A stretch of 64,000 nt of DNA from contig JBGTLG010000015.1 in assembly GCA_041744215.1 (NCBI GenBank), forward strand, positions 165,973 to 229,972, in the 5' to 3' direction. Under the pieces are notes generated by a model that saw only the letters and a program-made list of their open reading frames with translations, ran no database searches and was not told the DNA's origin. This DNA comes from Fimbriimonadales bacterium. Its GTDB lineage: Bacteria; Armatimonadota; Fimbriimonadia; Fimbriimonadales; ATM1. Positions 38,070-47,557 of this stretch are shown piece after piece; position 1 is the first letter of the stretch; each line of letters opens with the position of its first letter. Position numbers and translations under genes: made by a program.

Positions 38070-39448
38070 TACCGCTTCTTCCTGTTTCGCCATTTCTCCG
38101 CCCAACTCTCCTTGATCTCTTGCCGCGAACGGCCAATTGCCAGTGCGTCGTCTGGCACATCCTGTGTTACCGTGCTGCCTGCCGCAATGAACGCGCCATT
38201 CCCTATCGAAAGAGGCGCGATCAGTGTCGAGTTTGAACCAATAAAGGCATCATTGCCGATCTCGGTACCGTGCTTCGAGAAGCCATCATAGTTGCAGGTG
38301 ATTGTGCCTGCACCGATATTCGTTCGGGCACCTACCGTCGCGTCGCCAATGTAAGCAAGATGAGACGCGCTTGACTCTTCGCCAAGAGAGCTCGCTTTGA
38401 CCTCCACGAAGTTCCCGATCTTTACCCCTCGCCCCAGCACCGTGTGCGGCCGCAGATTCGCGAACGGCCCGACTCGGCAGTCGTCCCCAAGCTCGACTCG
38501 ATTGACGTGACTCATGTGGATGACGCATCGCTCGCCGACGGTGGAGTCGGTCACTCGAGTGGCAGGTCCCAGTTCGGAAGCCGCGCCAACCGTTGTCCTG
38601 CCTTCCAAAACGGTCATCGGCCGAATGATGCAATCCGGACCGAGCATGACGTCTGCGCCAATGAACGTGGAGTCCGGATCGTCAATCGTGACACCAGACA
38701 TCGCGAATTCCCGCAGAATCCGCATGCGCATGATTTTCGAAACCTCGGCGAGTTGCCAGCGATCATTGACGCCCAACAGCAGCTCAAACTCCTCGAAGAC
38801 GACGGCCGTGCAAACCCCACCCGATTCGTTGATCATTCCGACGAGATCCGTCAAGTAAAACTCGCCCTTCGCATTTGCATTACCCACATTGGGAATGTGC
38901 TTCCGAAGGGCCGAGGCGGAGAAGCAGTAGAACGACGTCCCAACTTCACGGACCGCCTTTTGTTGTTCGTCTGCGTCGAGTTCCTCGACAATCTTGACGA
39001 CGCATCCGGCTGCGTCCCGAATAACACGGCCGTAGTTCCGGGGGTCCTGCAAAACGCATGTCGCAACGACGCCATCTGCGCCGGAGGACTGCATCTCGGC
39101 GACGAGTCGCTTGAACGCGTAGCCCGTGATTAGCGGAGCGTCGCCTGGCCCCACCAAAACCGGCCCCTCGAATCCTTCTAGAAGCGGCAAGGCCTGCTGC
39201 ACAGCATGCGCAGTCCCAAGTTGATCCGGTTGTAAGGCATATCGGTAGCGGTCGCCTAACGCTCCTTGCACCTTCTCAGCCCCATGGCCACAGATTAGGA
39301 TTGGGTGATCCACCCCTGCCATTTGCATGGCACGGCCCACGTGATCCGCCATCGGCACGCCACAAACGGTGTGAAGCACTTTCGGCAGGTCAGACTTCAT
39401 CCGTGTGCCTTTGCCGGCAGCAAGTACGATTCCAGCAGTTTGGGACAA
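38069..39448 (-). CDS. glmU: Bifunctional UDP-GlcNAc pyrophosphorylase / glucosamine-1-P acetyltransferase
   Basis: LAAGKGTRMKSDLPKVLH, QLGTAHAV, GNFVEVK, NIGAGTITCNYDG; adjacent to prs. Confidence 0.97.
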   Translation of the reverse strand: MSQTAGIVLAAGKGTRMKSDLPKVLHTVCGVPMADHVGRAMQMAGVDHPILICGHGAEKVQGALGDRYRYALQPDQLGTAHAVQQALPLLEGFEGPVLVGPGDAPLITGYAFKRLVAEMQSSGADGVVATCVLQDPRNYGRVIRDAAGCVVKIVEELDADEQQKAVREVGTSFYCFSASALRKHIPNVGNANAKGEFYLTDLVGMINESGGVCTAVVFEEFELLLGVNDRWQLAEVSKIMRMRILREFAMSGVTIDDPDSTFIGADVMLGPDCIIRPMTVLEGRTTVGAASELGPATRVTDSTVGERCVIHMSHVNRVELGDDCRVGPFANLRPHTVLGRGVKIGNFVEVKASSLGEESSASHLAYIGDATVGARTNIGAGTITCNYDGFSKHGTEIGNDAFIGSNSTLIAPLSIGNGAFIAAGSTVTQDVPDDALAIGRSRQEIKESWAEKWRNRKKR

Positions 39449-39558
39449 GGGGGCTTATTATGCCAGACCCCTAAAGATTGACCGACTTGTTCCGAAGATT
39501 CCATCGGGAGCCCCATAACGCGGGGCCGAAAACCTCAAGCTGATTGCGAGGAAATGGT

Positions 39559-40212
39559 ATGGAGCGAACTGACTGCCCGATAGCTAAGAAGTCGCTGCTT
39601 GCGTACCTTGCCGGCCGTCTGGACGGCACGGGAGAAGGCGCAGATTTCGAGGCGCACGTCAAAGAATGCGACGTGTGCCGCGCTCTCGTTGGCGACCGCC
39701 GAAAGGCGTTGCAGGTGCTCATAGCGTCGATGGACGATGCGCCGGCAACCCAGACTTCGGGTACGCCGCTGCCGGGTATCAAGCCCGGGCAAGTCAAGGT
39801 CCTGGCTCTATGCTCGCTGATAGCATTGACGCTCATTGGAGTGAGCTACTTCGTCAAGCCAGGCTCCTCGCTGCTTGGCGAAAAACTCGGCGATGTATTG
39901 CCCCCCGTGCCGCCAAGAGTCGCAACAACGACCGGCCCACCGCCGGACACCAGAGTCAGAGTTCAAGAGCAGACCGAGGAAACCACCGCAGCCTTGACAA
40001 TCGACCAAGTTCAAGCGGCGGTCGAGCCTGTTGATGTCGCCGACGCTGTTGTCGCGAAACCGGAACCCTCTGAAACCAACAAGCCAAAGCCGAAACCCAT
40101 AAAGAGGAAGAGTCCGGCACCCAAGCAATCGCAATCCCAACCTGCCGTCAATAGGGTCGAAGTCTTCGATGCCTCCGGTCAAAAAGTTGGGGAGACCATC
40201 CAGCCCCGATAA
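39559..40212 (+). CDS. zf-HC2 (ZAS) anti-sigma-like membrane protein
   Basis: LLAYLAGRL...FEAHVKECDVC (HxxxCxxC), one TM, Pro/Lys-rich tail. Confidence 0.75.
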   Translation: MERTDCPIAKKSLLAYLAGRLDGTGEGADFEAHVKECDVCRALVGDRRKALQVLIASMDDAPATQTSGTPLPGIKPGQVKVLALCSLIALTLIGVSYFVKPGSSLLGEKLGDVLPPVPPRVATTTGPPPDTRVRVQEQTEETTAALTIDQVQAAVEPVDVADAVVAKPEPSETNKPKPKPIKRKSPAPKQSQSQPAVNRVEVFDASGQKVGETIQPR

Positions 40213-40222
40213 GGAGAATCTT

Positions 40223-40966
40223 ATGAAAAGCCTTTTCATCGCAACACTACTCATCCTGGGAGCGACGCCCTGTTTCGCGCAAGGTAGCGGCGGAACCGCG
40301 ATCACCTCGGATGGGAAGATCTCAGTGGCATCAAACGGCCTTGACGTTAGGACTGTGCTGTACGACCTCTTTAACCAAGCCAACAAGAGCTTTGTCAGCG
40401 ACGTCGGCATGTACTTTGCGCTTTACCTAACGCTCAACAACGTTCCCTTCGATCAAGCGCTGGAAATGATCTGTAAGACAGCGGGCCTAACTTACGAGAT
40501 TGAGGACGGCGTCTACATCTTCTCGAGAACAAGAATTGGAGCGACTCAGCGAACAGCTCCCACGGTCCAGAAGCCGCTCGACCCATCTATTCTCAACAAG
40601 AAGATCACGGTGAAGGTTGAACAGAAGGAGCTGAAGCTCGTTTTGGATGAGATCGGCAAGCAAGTCGATGCCAAGATTGAAGTCGCCCCAAATGTTAGGA
40701 CATTCAAAATCAACGCATACCTCCTCGACACGACTCTCAGGTTCGCACTCAACTCGCTTACGCAATCGGCGAGGCTCATGTATACACTTACCGACCACGG
40801 AACGATTCTGATAAGCGACCCAGAAGCTCCACTCTCTGAGAGTCGGATCGTGACTAAGAACCAATCAACGGCGAAGCCGTCTTGCGATCGATGCGATGCT
40901 GAAATCGACAGGACGTGGAAGTACTGCCCGCACTGCGGCAACTTCGTCAAGACGATCACAAACTGA
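40223..40966 (+). CDS. Secreted protein with two STN/secretin-N-like domains and C-terminal zinc ribbon
   Basis: Signal peptide; LNNVPFDQALEMIC..AGLTYEIEDGVY; second similar unit; CDRC...KYCPHCG; SD AAGGAG. Confidence 0.7.
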   Translation: MKSLFIATLLILGATPCFAQGSGGTAITSDGKISVASNGLDVRTVLYDLFNQANKSFVSDVGMYFALYLTLNNVPFDQALEMICKTAGLTYEIEDGVYIFSRTRIGATQRTAPTVQKPLDPSILNKKITVKVEQKELKLVLDEIGKQVDAKIEVAPNVRTFKINAYLLDTTLRFALNSLTQSARLMYTLTDHGTILISDPEAPLSESRIVTKNQSTAKPSCDRCDAEIDRTWKYCPHCGNFVKTITN

Positions 40967-40998
40967 CCGACTTTGTCCCTCCCCACACGCACCCCTAA

Positions 40999-41031
40999 GG
41001 GCCCCGACCTAGTCGGGGCCCGGGCTTTTTT
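40999..41031 (+). terminator. Intrinsic terminator
   Basis: GGGCCCCGAC-CTA-GTCGGGGCCC then GGGCTTTTTT. Confidence 0.7.
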
Positions 41032-41130
41032 GTGGAAACCGGTACCACTCCCAACCACCCATCCTCTGGCTACCTGCCATAATGTCCACTATCAACCCTT
41101 CGTATAGACAATAGGAGCAACCAAAACGCA

Positions 41131-41553
41131 ATGGCACTCAGAGAAGAATTTGCACCGGCCGAAGTAACCCTGACCGAACGTGCAGCCCAGGAAATCAAGA
41201 ATCTGCTCGAAGAGCAGAAGCAGCCTGATTCAGCACTCAGGGTTTGGGTCGCAGGCGGCGGCTGTTCGGGACTCCAATACGGAATGGCGCTCGACGACGG
41301 GGACCCCGAGGACGGCGACATCGTCATGCAAGACCAAGGGATAACCATCGTGGTCGACAACTTGTCACTGAAGTACATGAAAGGCGCCCACGTCGATTTC
41401 GTCGACGACGTCCTCGGCGGCGGCTTCAAAATCGAAAATCCAAACGCCGTTAAGTCCTGCGGCTGCGGGTCTTCATTTTCTGCAGAGGACGAAGCAATCG
41501 AGGGGCTCGACACGCGCAAAGGCGGCGGTTGCGGTTCTTGCGGTTGCGGATAA
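41131..41553 (+). CDS. A-type Fe-S cluster carrier (IscA/ErpA/HesB family)
   Basis: GGGCSGLQYG, GFKIENPNAVKSCGCGSSF. Confidence 0.93.
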   Translation: MALREEFAPAEVTLTERAAQEIKNLLEEQKQPDSALRVWVAGGGCSGLQYGMALDDGDPEDGDIVMQDQGITIVVDNLSLKYMKGAHVDFVDDVLGGGFKIENPNAVKSCGCGSSFSAEDEAIEGLDTRKGGGCGSCGCG

Positions 41554-41572
41554 TCGCGACGCGCACCGAATT

Positions 41573-41603
41573 CGACAAGCCGGGCAAAACGCCCGGCTTG
41601 TCG
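41573..41603. terminator. Bidirectional terminator hairpin
   Basis: CGACAAGCCGGGC-AAAAC-GCCCGGCTTGTCG between convergent genes. Confidence 0.7.
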
Positions 41604-41605
41604 CT

Positions 41606-41965
41606 TTATCTCACCTGACGATCGACCCCCATTTCTCCAGGAGGACTGAGAACGTCCAGGACCACCGCATCCTCAAGCGCTGTCACACTGTGCGGTACGT
41701 TCGATGGAAGGTGGATCACAGTGCCGCCCTCTACGACGACCTCTGAGAATCCGTCAGTTCCCTCTTCGCCAAGCCTCCATAGCAGTTTGCCACGCACGAC
41801 ATATGCAATCTGCTCGCTATCGTGAAAGTGCGACGCGACATGGCAGCCCTTCGCAAGTTCGACGTAAGCCCACAACATCTGGGCTCCAAACACCCGTCGC
41901 CGCTGCAATAACTCGATCGGCGAATCTTGCTCAATCGAATCCAAACGATGAATCGTTGCATTCAT
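41606..41965 (-). CDS. Cupin domain protein
   Basis: HFHDSEQ and LPSNVPHSV motifs, VLDVLSPP. Confidence 0.85.
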   Translation of the reverse strand: MNATIHRLDSIEQDSPIELLQRRRVFGAQMLWAYVELAKGCHVASHFHDSEQIAYVVRGKLLWRLGEEGTDGFSEVVVEGGTVIHLPSNVPHSVTALEDAVVLDVLSPPGEMGVDRQVR

Positions 41966-42031
41966 TATTGGAACAGTCTATCCGTTCCAGACCCAATCGC
42001 GACACCAGGCTGCCATACGTTCACTCCAAAC

Positions 42032-42958
42032 TCAGTCAACGGGAAAGTGACAGTAATATTCACGCGAATCCTCAATCGAGACGCCGGGGTCTTCGGTGTC
42101 GCACCTTTGCTGCCGATTCGGGCATCGTGTTTTGAACCGGCACCCCAAAAAAATCTCACGAGGATCCGGTATCTCGCCCGGAAGAACTTCGGGTAACCGA
42201 CCCAACTTTTCCAGCGTCGGAGCGGAAGCAAGCAGCGCACGTGTGTAAGGATGCCTCGGATTCGAGAAGATGCGCTCTGTAGGTCCTACTTCAACGACAC
42301 GTCCCAGATACATCACCGCGACGTCGTCCGCGATGAATCGTACGGTTGTTAAATCGTGCGAGATGTACAGGTAGGCGCATGCGAGATCCAACTGCAAATC
42401 CTTTAGCAAGTTGAGAATCTGCGCACGTATTGAAAGATCGAGAGCAGCGGTGGGCTCATCGCAAAGCACGAGCGGTGGATTCAGCGCAAGCGCGCGCGCA
42501 ATAGCCACGCGCTGCCTCTGGCCCCCTGAAAGCTGATGGGGAAACCGATGCTTCATCGAGGGCTCCAAACCAACTTGACGCATCACTTCATCGACACGGG
42601 ATTCGATGCTAACACCGTTCTCGCGGTTTACAACAAGAGGCTCCGCAATTGATCGGCCAACTCGCCACCGCGGATCGAGCGAAGCGTAAGGATCCTGCCA
42701 AACAATCCCCACTCGCTTTGCGAGGCCCTTCAGATTCGCTGTCACAGCTTCTCCCCTAACACGGATTTCACCACGAGCGAGTTGCTCTAATCCCAGGATC
42801 CCTTTCGCAAGCGTCGTCTTGCCGCAGCCTGATTCACCCACAACGGCGAGCGTTTTGCTTGCCTTTAACTCTAAGGAAACGCCATCGACGGCTCGAATCG
42901 CGCCGCCAGGAACCTGGTACACAATGCTCGCGCCAACAATGTCGAGAACCACGCTCAT
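42032..42958 (-). CDS. Oligopeptide/dipeptide ABC transporter ATP-binding protein (OppF-like)
   Basis: GESGCGKT, LSGGQRQR, DEPT, HPYTRALL, GCRFKTRCP. Confidence 0.92.
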   Translation of the reverse strand: MSVVLDIVGASIVYQVPGGAIRAVDGVSLELKASKTLAVVGESGCGKTTLAKGILGLEQLARGEIRVRGEAVTANLKGLAKRVGIVWQDPYASLDPRWRVGRSIAEPLVVNRENGVSIESRVDEVMRQVGLEPSMKHRFPHQLSGGQRQRVAIARALALNPPLVLCDEPTAALDLSIRAQILNLLKDLQLDLACAYLYISHDLTTVRFIADDVAVMYLGRVVEVGPTERIFSNPRHPYTRALLASAPTLEKLGRLPEVLPGEIPDPREIFLGCRFKTRCPNRQQRCDTEDPGVSIEDSREYYCHFPVD

Positions 42959-43932
42959 TCCGCTGCCTCCGTTTTTGCAACGGGAGCATCCTGCGGAAAT
43001 GTATCGAGCCAACACGAAGCACGATGGTCCCCACCAAGCGGGAGTAGCGTAGGTTCAGTCACACACTTATCGAAGCGGTACGCGCATCGCGTAGAGAACG
43101 AACAATCTCGCCCTAAGGTTGAGAAGTCAGGAGGCTGTCCCGGAATGCTCACCAGCCTTTCGGCTTCTCCAGGGAGTGACCCTAAGAGCCCACGAGTGTA
43201 AGGGTGCCGTGGGTTCTTCAACAGTCTGTCTCGCGGACCTTCTTCGATCACGCGGCCAGCGTAGAAAACGCAGATGCGATCGGATACGGATCCAATAACG
43301 CCGATGTCATGCGATATCAAGAGTACCGCCGTTCCCTCGCGTTCTTGAAGCTCTTTTAGCAGCGCTAGGATCTGAGCCTGCAAAGTTACGTCCAAGGCAG
43401 TCGTCGGCTCATCCGCAATCAGAACTTTTGGGTGACAGCTGAAAGCGATTCCAATCATCACGCGCTGCCTCTGGCCCCCGCTTAGCTGATGAGGAAACTT
43501 TCGGGCTGCGCTGTCAGGTGATGGAACGCCTACGGCCTTCAACATCTCAATCGCCCGCGTCTGCGCTGTCGCTTTACCAACGTTTTGATGCAGAACGATC
43601 GCTTCGGCGATTTGCGCACCCACTCGCATCATCGGATTCAAGCTCGTGAATGGATCTTGAAAGATCATCGCGATCTCGCTGCCTCGCGCATGACGCATTT
43701 TCGATTCCGACAGCGATCTCAAGTCGGTCTCCCCCAGCAAAATCCTCCCTGCAGTAATCTTTCCCCCCGGCGGCAGAAGCCGCATCGCGGCTAACCCCGT
43801 CATACTTTTGCCGCACCCGGACTCGCCGACAATGCCAAGAGTTTCCCGGGGCTCAACCGCCAGGCTAACCCCGCGCAACACATCGGTTTTGCCAAACGAA
43901 ACTTTGAGATCACGAATGTCCAGAGCGGGCAC
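42955..43932 (-). CDS. Oligopeptide/dipeptide ABC transporter ATP-binding protein (OppD-like)
   Basis: GESGCGKS, IAMIFQDP, LSGGQRQRV, ADEPTTALDV, HPYTRGLL. Confidence 0.92.
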   Translation of the reverse strand: MPALDIRDLKVSFGKTDVLRGVSLAVEPRETLGIVGESGCGKSMTGLAAMRLLPPGGKITAGRILLGETDLRSLSESKMRHARGSEIAMIFQDPFTSLNPMMRVGAQIAEAIVLHQNVGKATAQTRAIEMLKAVGVPSPDSAARKFPHQLSGGQRQRVMIGIAFSCHPKVLIADEPTTALDVTLQAQILALLKELQEREGTAVLLISHDIGVIGSVSDRICVFYAGRVIEEGPRDRLLKNPRHPYTRGLLGSLPGEAERLVSIPGQPPDFSTLGRDCSFSTRCAYRFDKCVTEPTLLPLGGDHRASCWLDTFPQDAPVAKTEAAE

Positions 43933-44065
43933 GGCTCGAGATTATGCCGAATTCGCAGAAAACTGCGGAGAGACGCATCCATAGACGAGAGGGCGGTACG
44001 CGGAGGATGATCAAGACGGAATCTTCAACCCGGTTTCACCGTAGAGTTCCTGAGGAGGAACAAAA

Positions 44066-44866
44066 ATGGTAATGCGTATGACACTCGTGCTCATGTCTGT
44101 GCTCTTCGGCAGCTTTGCCGTGGCACAAGATTGGGCAAAGAAGCGGCTGGACGACTCTCCTCGGCATCAGGAATGGGTCGAAATCAAACACGGGGACAGG
44201 ACCCTGAAAAGCTTCGTGGTGTATCCCGAGGTTGACGGCAAAGCGACAGTCGTGGTGTTGATCCACGAAATCATGGGGCTCACCGATTGGGTGATGTCTG
44301 TCGCAGACCAACTCGCCGAAAAGGGCTTCATCGCTATAGCGCCCGATTTTCTCAGCGGGATGGCGCCAAACGGCGGACGAACAACTGACTTCGAGGATGT
44401 TGGAAAAGCGCGAGAGGCAATCTCCAGCTTATCTCCCGCACAAATCACCGCAGATCTCGACGCCGCTTGCAACTACGGGGCGAAGATCCCCGCCGCCAGC
44501 GGAAAAGTCGCTGTTGCAGGGTTTTGTTGGGGCGGAACGCAAACTTTCAATTTCGCAACGCACAGAGCCGACCTCGCTGCTGCTTTCGTCTTTTATGGAA
44601 CCGGCCCAACCACAGCCGAAGCTGTCAAAGATGTGAATTGCGCTGTCTACGGCTTCTACGGCGGCAATGACAACCGGGTCAACGCGACAATTCCAGAAAG
44701 CCAATCGGCGATGAACGCGAAATCAAAGAAGTTCGAAACCGTCATCTACGAAGAGGCAGGACATGGATTCATGCGCGCAGGCGAACAGCCAGACGCTCAA
44801 GCAGCGAACAAAGCCGCAAGAGATGCCGCGTGGCAGCGGTGGCTTGAAATCCTCTCAAAGCTGTAA
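44066..44866 (+). CDS. Dienelactone hydrolase family protein with signal peptide
   Basis: HEIMGL, GFCWGG nucleophile elbow, DNRV, GHGF; SD GAGGAGG. Confidence 0.9.
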   Translation: MVMRMTLVLMSVLFGSFAVAQDWAKKRLDDSPRHQEWVEIKHGDRTLKSFVVYPEVDGKATVVVLIHEIMGLTDWVMSVADQLAEKGFIAIAPDFLSGMAPNGGRTTDFEDVGKAREAISSLSPAQITADLDAACNYGAKIPAASGKVAVAGFCWGGTQTFNFATHRADLAAAFVFYGTGPTTAEAVKDVNCAVYGFYGGNDNRVNATIPESQSAMNAKSKKFETVIYEEAGHGFMRAGEQPDAQAANKAARDAAWQRWLEILSKL

Positions 44867-44919
44867 CAACTCCGACAGTATAGTGCAGCACCTTTCACGC
44901 GGCGCGGTATAACCGCTCG

Positions 44920-46212
44920 GTGTCAGGAGAGACAAAGAGTTCGAGCGCTAAGTTCGCTGCCTGGTCGGTGCCCGCGCTCATCGTAGGGCTGGTCATGGGT
45001 ATCGCCGCCCACTCGAGTGAGTCGCCCTCTCTAATCAGCCTTGGCGAATCCATCTCTCCGCTCGGCGAAGTGTGGATCAATCTCCTCCGCCTCGTCGCAA
45101 TCCCTCTCATTATCTGCCTGTTGATTCCCGCCGTAGCCAGGCTGCAACATGGAGGCGAAGTCGGCCGAATAGGAGGAGTGTCGCTCGGGACATTCGCGTC
45201 GCTCCTTGTCTTGGGTGGGCTGCTCGCGCTCGCTATCGCGATTCCACTTCTCAAAGTCATTCCGCCCAACCTTGGACTGACGACCTTGCCGGCGGGGGAG
45301 AGCCCGATCCCAGTTGATGCTGACAACGGGCTCGGGGCTTGGTTGGTGAAGTTGGTTCCCAACAATGCGTTCGCTGCAGCCGCGGCGGGCGACTTGTTGC
45401 CCCTCCTGGTCGTCACGCTCCTCTTTGCGCTCGCCGTCCGCGGCATATCGGAAAAGAATCGCAATCTCATTGTCGATTTCTTCACGGCAATCGGAGAAGC
45501 AATGATGAAAATGATCGGCTGGGCAATCGTGGTGATGCCAATTGGCGTCTTCGCCCTCGCCTATGGCTTTGGAATGAAGCATGGAGTCGCACTCGCTGGC
45601 GTGGCCGCGTACTTCATCGTTTACATCAGCGCGATCTGCGTCGCGCTCGTTCTGATCATGTACCCCATCGCCGCTCTGATAGGCAGAATCGATATCAAAC
45701 GATTCGCAATTGGAGTTGCCCCGTCTCAAACTGTCGCCGCTACCACACGGTCATCCCTCGCGACATTGCCCACAGTCATGGAAGGTGCGGAGAAGTCGCT
45801 CGGATTATCGCCAGCCACGACATCGTTTGTTCTGCCACTGGCTGCGTCGATCTTTAAGCCGAATCGCCCGCTTACGAGCCTCGCAAAGCTCGTGTTTGTA
45901 GCGGCTGTTTTCGGGATCACACTCAGCCCTGGAGCGATCCTCATCTTCTTCGCGACGGTCGTTTTGCTCAGCGTCGGAACACCCGGCATCCCAAGCGGAT
46001 CAGGATACGCAGCTGCGGGTGCCTATCTCGCTGTAGGCATTCCGCTTGAAGGATACGTTTTCTTCAAGAGCTTGGATCCAATCCCAGACGTTTTCAAAAC
46101 CATTGTAAACGTCACAGGCTTCATGACAGCCGTAGTTCTCGTCGAACGATTCACTCGCCCGAAGTCCGAGGCAGAGGACTTAGAACAGCTCGAACCTATT
46201 CGTCAGGCGTAA
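44920..46212 (+). CDS. Dicarboxylate/amino acid:cation symporter (DAACS/GltP family)
   Basis: LVPNNAF, PIGVFAL, TRSSLATLP, FVLPLA, D.FKTIVNVTG. Confidence 0.88.
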   Translation: MSGETKSSSAKFAAWSVPALIVGLVMGIAAHSSESPSLISLGESISPLGEVWINLLRLVAIPLIICLLIPAVARLQHGGEVGRIGGVSLGTFASLLVLGGLLALAIAIPLLKVIPPNLGLTTLPAGESPIPVDADNGLGAWLVKLVPNNAFAAAAAGDLLPLLVVTLLFALAVRGISEKNRNLIVDFFTAIGEAMMKMIGWAIVVMPIGVFALAYGFGMKHGVALAGVAAYFIVYISAICVALVLIMYPIAALIGRIDIKRFAIGVAPSQTVAATTRSSLATLPTVMEGAEKSLGLSPATTSFVLPLAASIFKPNRPLTSLAKLVFVAAVFGITLSPGAILIFFATVVLLSVGTPGIPSGSGYAAAGAYLAVGIPLEGYVFFKSLDPIPDVFKTIVNVTGFMTAVVLVERFTRPKSEAEDLEQLEPIRQA

Positions 46213-47557
46213 ACAGAATCGTAAACTGTGATCGCTTCCCTGAAGGGAGCGGAGGAATCTGTTCGACCTTCGTCACGGTCATGCTCACTCGCTCCTCTAC
46301 TAACTCCTCCAGCAGAGACTGAAGAGTTCCGCAATCTTCATCGGACAGAACACTCTCTCCGTCAATCACGATCTCGAACTCCGTAAAGTGTCTTTGCAGA
46401 ATCTTGTAGTTTTCGACAGTAGGCAGGAGTTGCAGGTATTTTGAAACGGTACGCGCAATCCTCTTTCTTCCGCCGCGCAATAGGAGTCGATTGACCTCAC
46501 GTCCCTCAAAGAGCGGTACGTGTGTCAAGGTGCGCCCGCATCGGCAACCTGGACTAATCGATGCTAAGTCCCCGACCCGATATCGAATCATCGGCGACGC
46601 ATAGTTGTGGAGCGACGTGATCAGCACGTGCCCTATTGCTCCAAAATCGCATGGCTTGCCCTCATCGTCCACAATCTCCACAATCACATTCAGATCGTGA
46701 ACATGGTAGCCGCTTCCGTCCGGGCAGTTAGCAGCAACCCTGCCCGTTTCGCGTGTCCCGTAAACGTCGAATGCATTCGCGCCATATGCGAGCTCCAACT
46801 TCTGACGCACCTCGTCATGCAGCATCTCGCCAATCGTGAACAGCTTCTTTGCACTATAACCGTTCGTAAGGTATGGGATCAGGGTCTCAAGTGTAGTCGG
46901 TGTCGTGATGATGTAATCGATCGAATCTTCAGAAAGCGCGTCCGCGAGCGCTTCTTCGCGTGCCCCAATCGGGAACTCGAGTCCTACGCCGAAATCAAGG
47001 AATTCCGACATTGGCCACTCCTCCCAACTCGCGAGAGGTTGGCCTCTCGACTCTTTGCGCGCAAACGTGTCCAATGTTCGAGTGTCGGACCGAACAATCA
47101 GACACCTCCCACGGGGGTCTATCCCAGCCCAGTCGTACTCCAACGCTCGGCACGCGGCTCGCCAAACTTCGAATTTGAGAGAGCGAGTCGTAACTACCTT
47201 TTTTCCTGTCGTGCCCGACGTCACCGTCTCGGTCACAGGCGTGGCCATTCCAATTGACCGACTCGCCGAACGGTCTCCCGGCGTTGAATCGGCTGCCAGA
47301 GACCGCTCCAAAATGGGAAGCGACTTAAACTCGTTCCAATTCGTGATTCGTTGCACACCGCCGTACAAGGTTTGGTACACCGGCACGCGGGACGACGCGA
47401 ATTCAACTATCCGCGAGGCAAGCGACAACTGTCGCTCCTTCAACTCCCCGCGCGACAATCGCTGGCTTTCATACACATCGGCAAACGCTCGCCGAGTGGC
47501 ATCAAGAACTGGATCATTCACGCCCTTGTCGTAGCGGGCTACGATATCGTCGCGCAA
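46196..47557 (-). CDS. Phenylacetate-CoA ligase / CapK-like adenylate-forming enzyme
   Basis: TSGTTG, YGTRETG, PMIRYRVGD, CRCGR, GR, SGK. Confidence 0.82.
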   Translation of the reverse strand: MRDDIVARYDKGVNDPVLDATRRAFADVYESQRLSRGELKERQLSLASRIVEFASSRVPVYQTLYGGVQRITNWNEFKSLPILERSLAADSTPGDRSASRSIGMATPVTETVTSGTTGKKVVTTRSLKFEVWRAACRALEYDWAGIDPRGRCLIVRSDTRTLDTFARKESRGQPLASWEEWPMSEFLDFGVGLEFPIGAREEALADALSEDSIDYIITTPTTLETLIPYLTNGYSAKKLFTIGEMLHDEVRQKLELAYGANAFDVYGTRETGRVAANCPDGSGYHVHDLNVIVEIVDDEGKPCDFGAIGHVLITSLHNYASPMIRYRVGDLASISPGCRCGRTLTHVPLFEGREVNRLLLRGGRKRIARTVSKYLQLLPTVENYKILQRHFTEFEIVIDGESVLSDEDCGTLQSLLEELVEERVSMTVTKVEQIPPLPSGKRSQFTILFTPDE

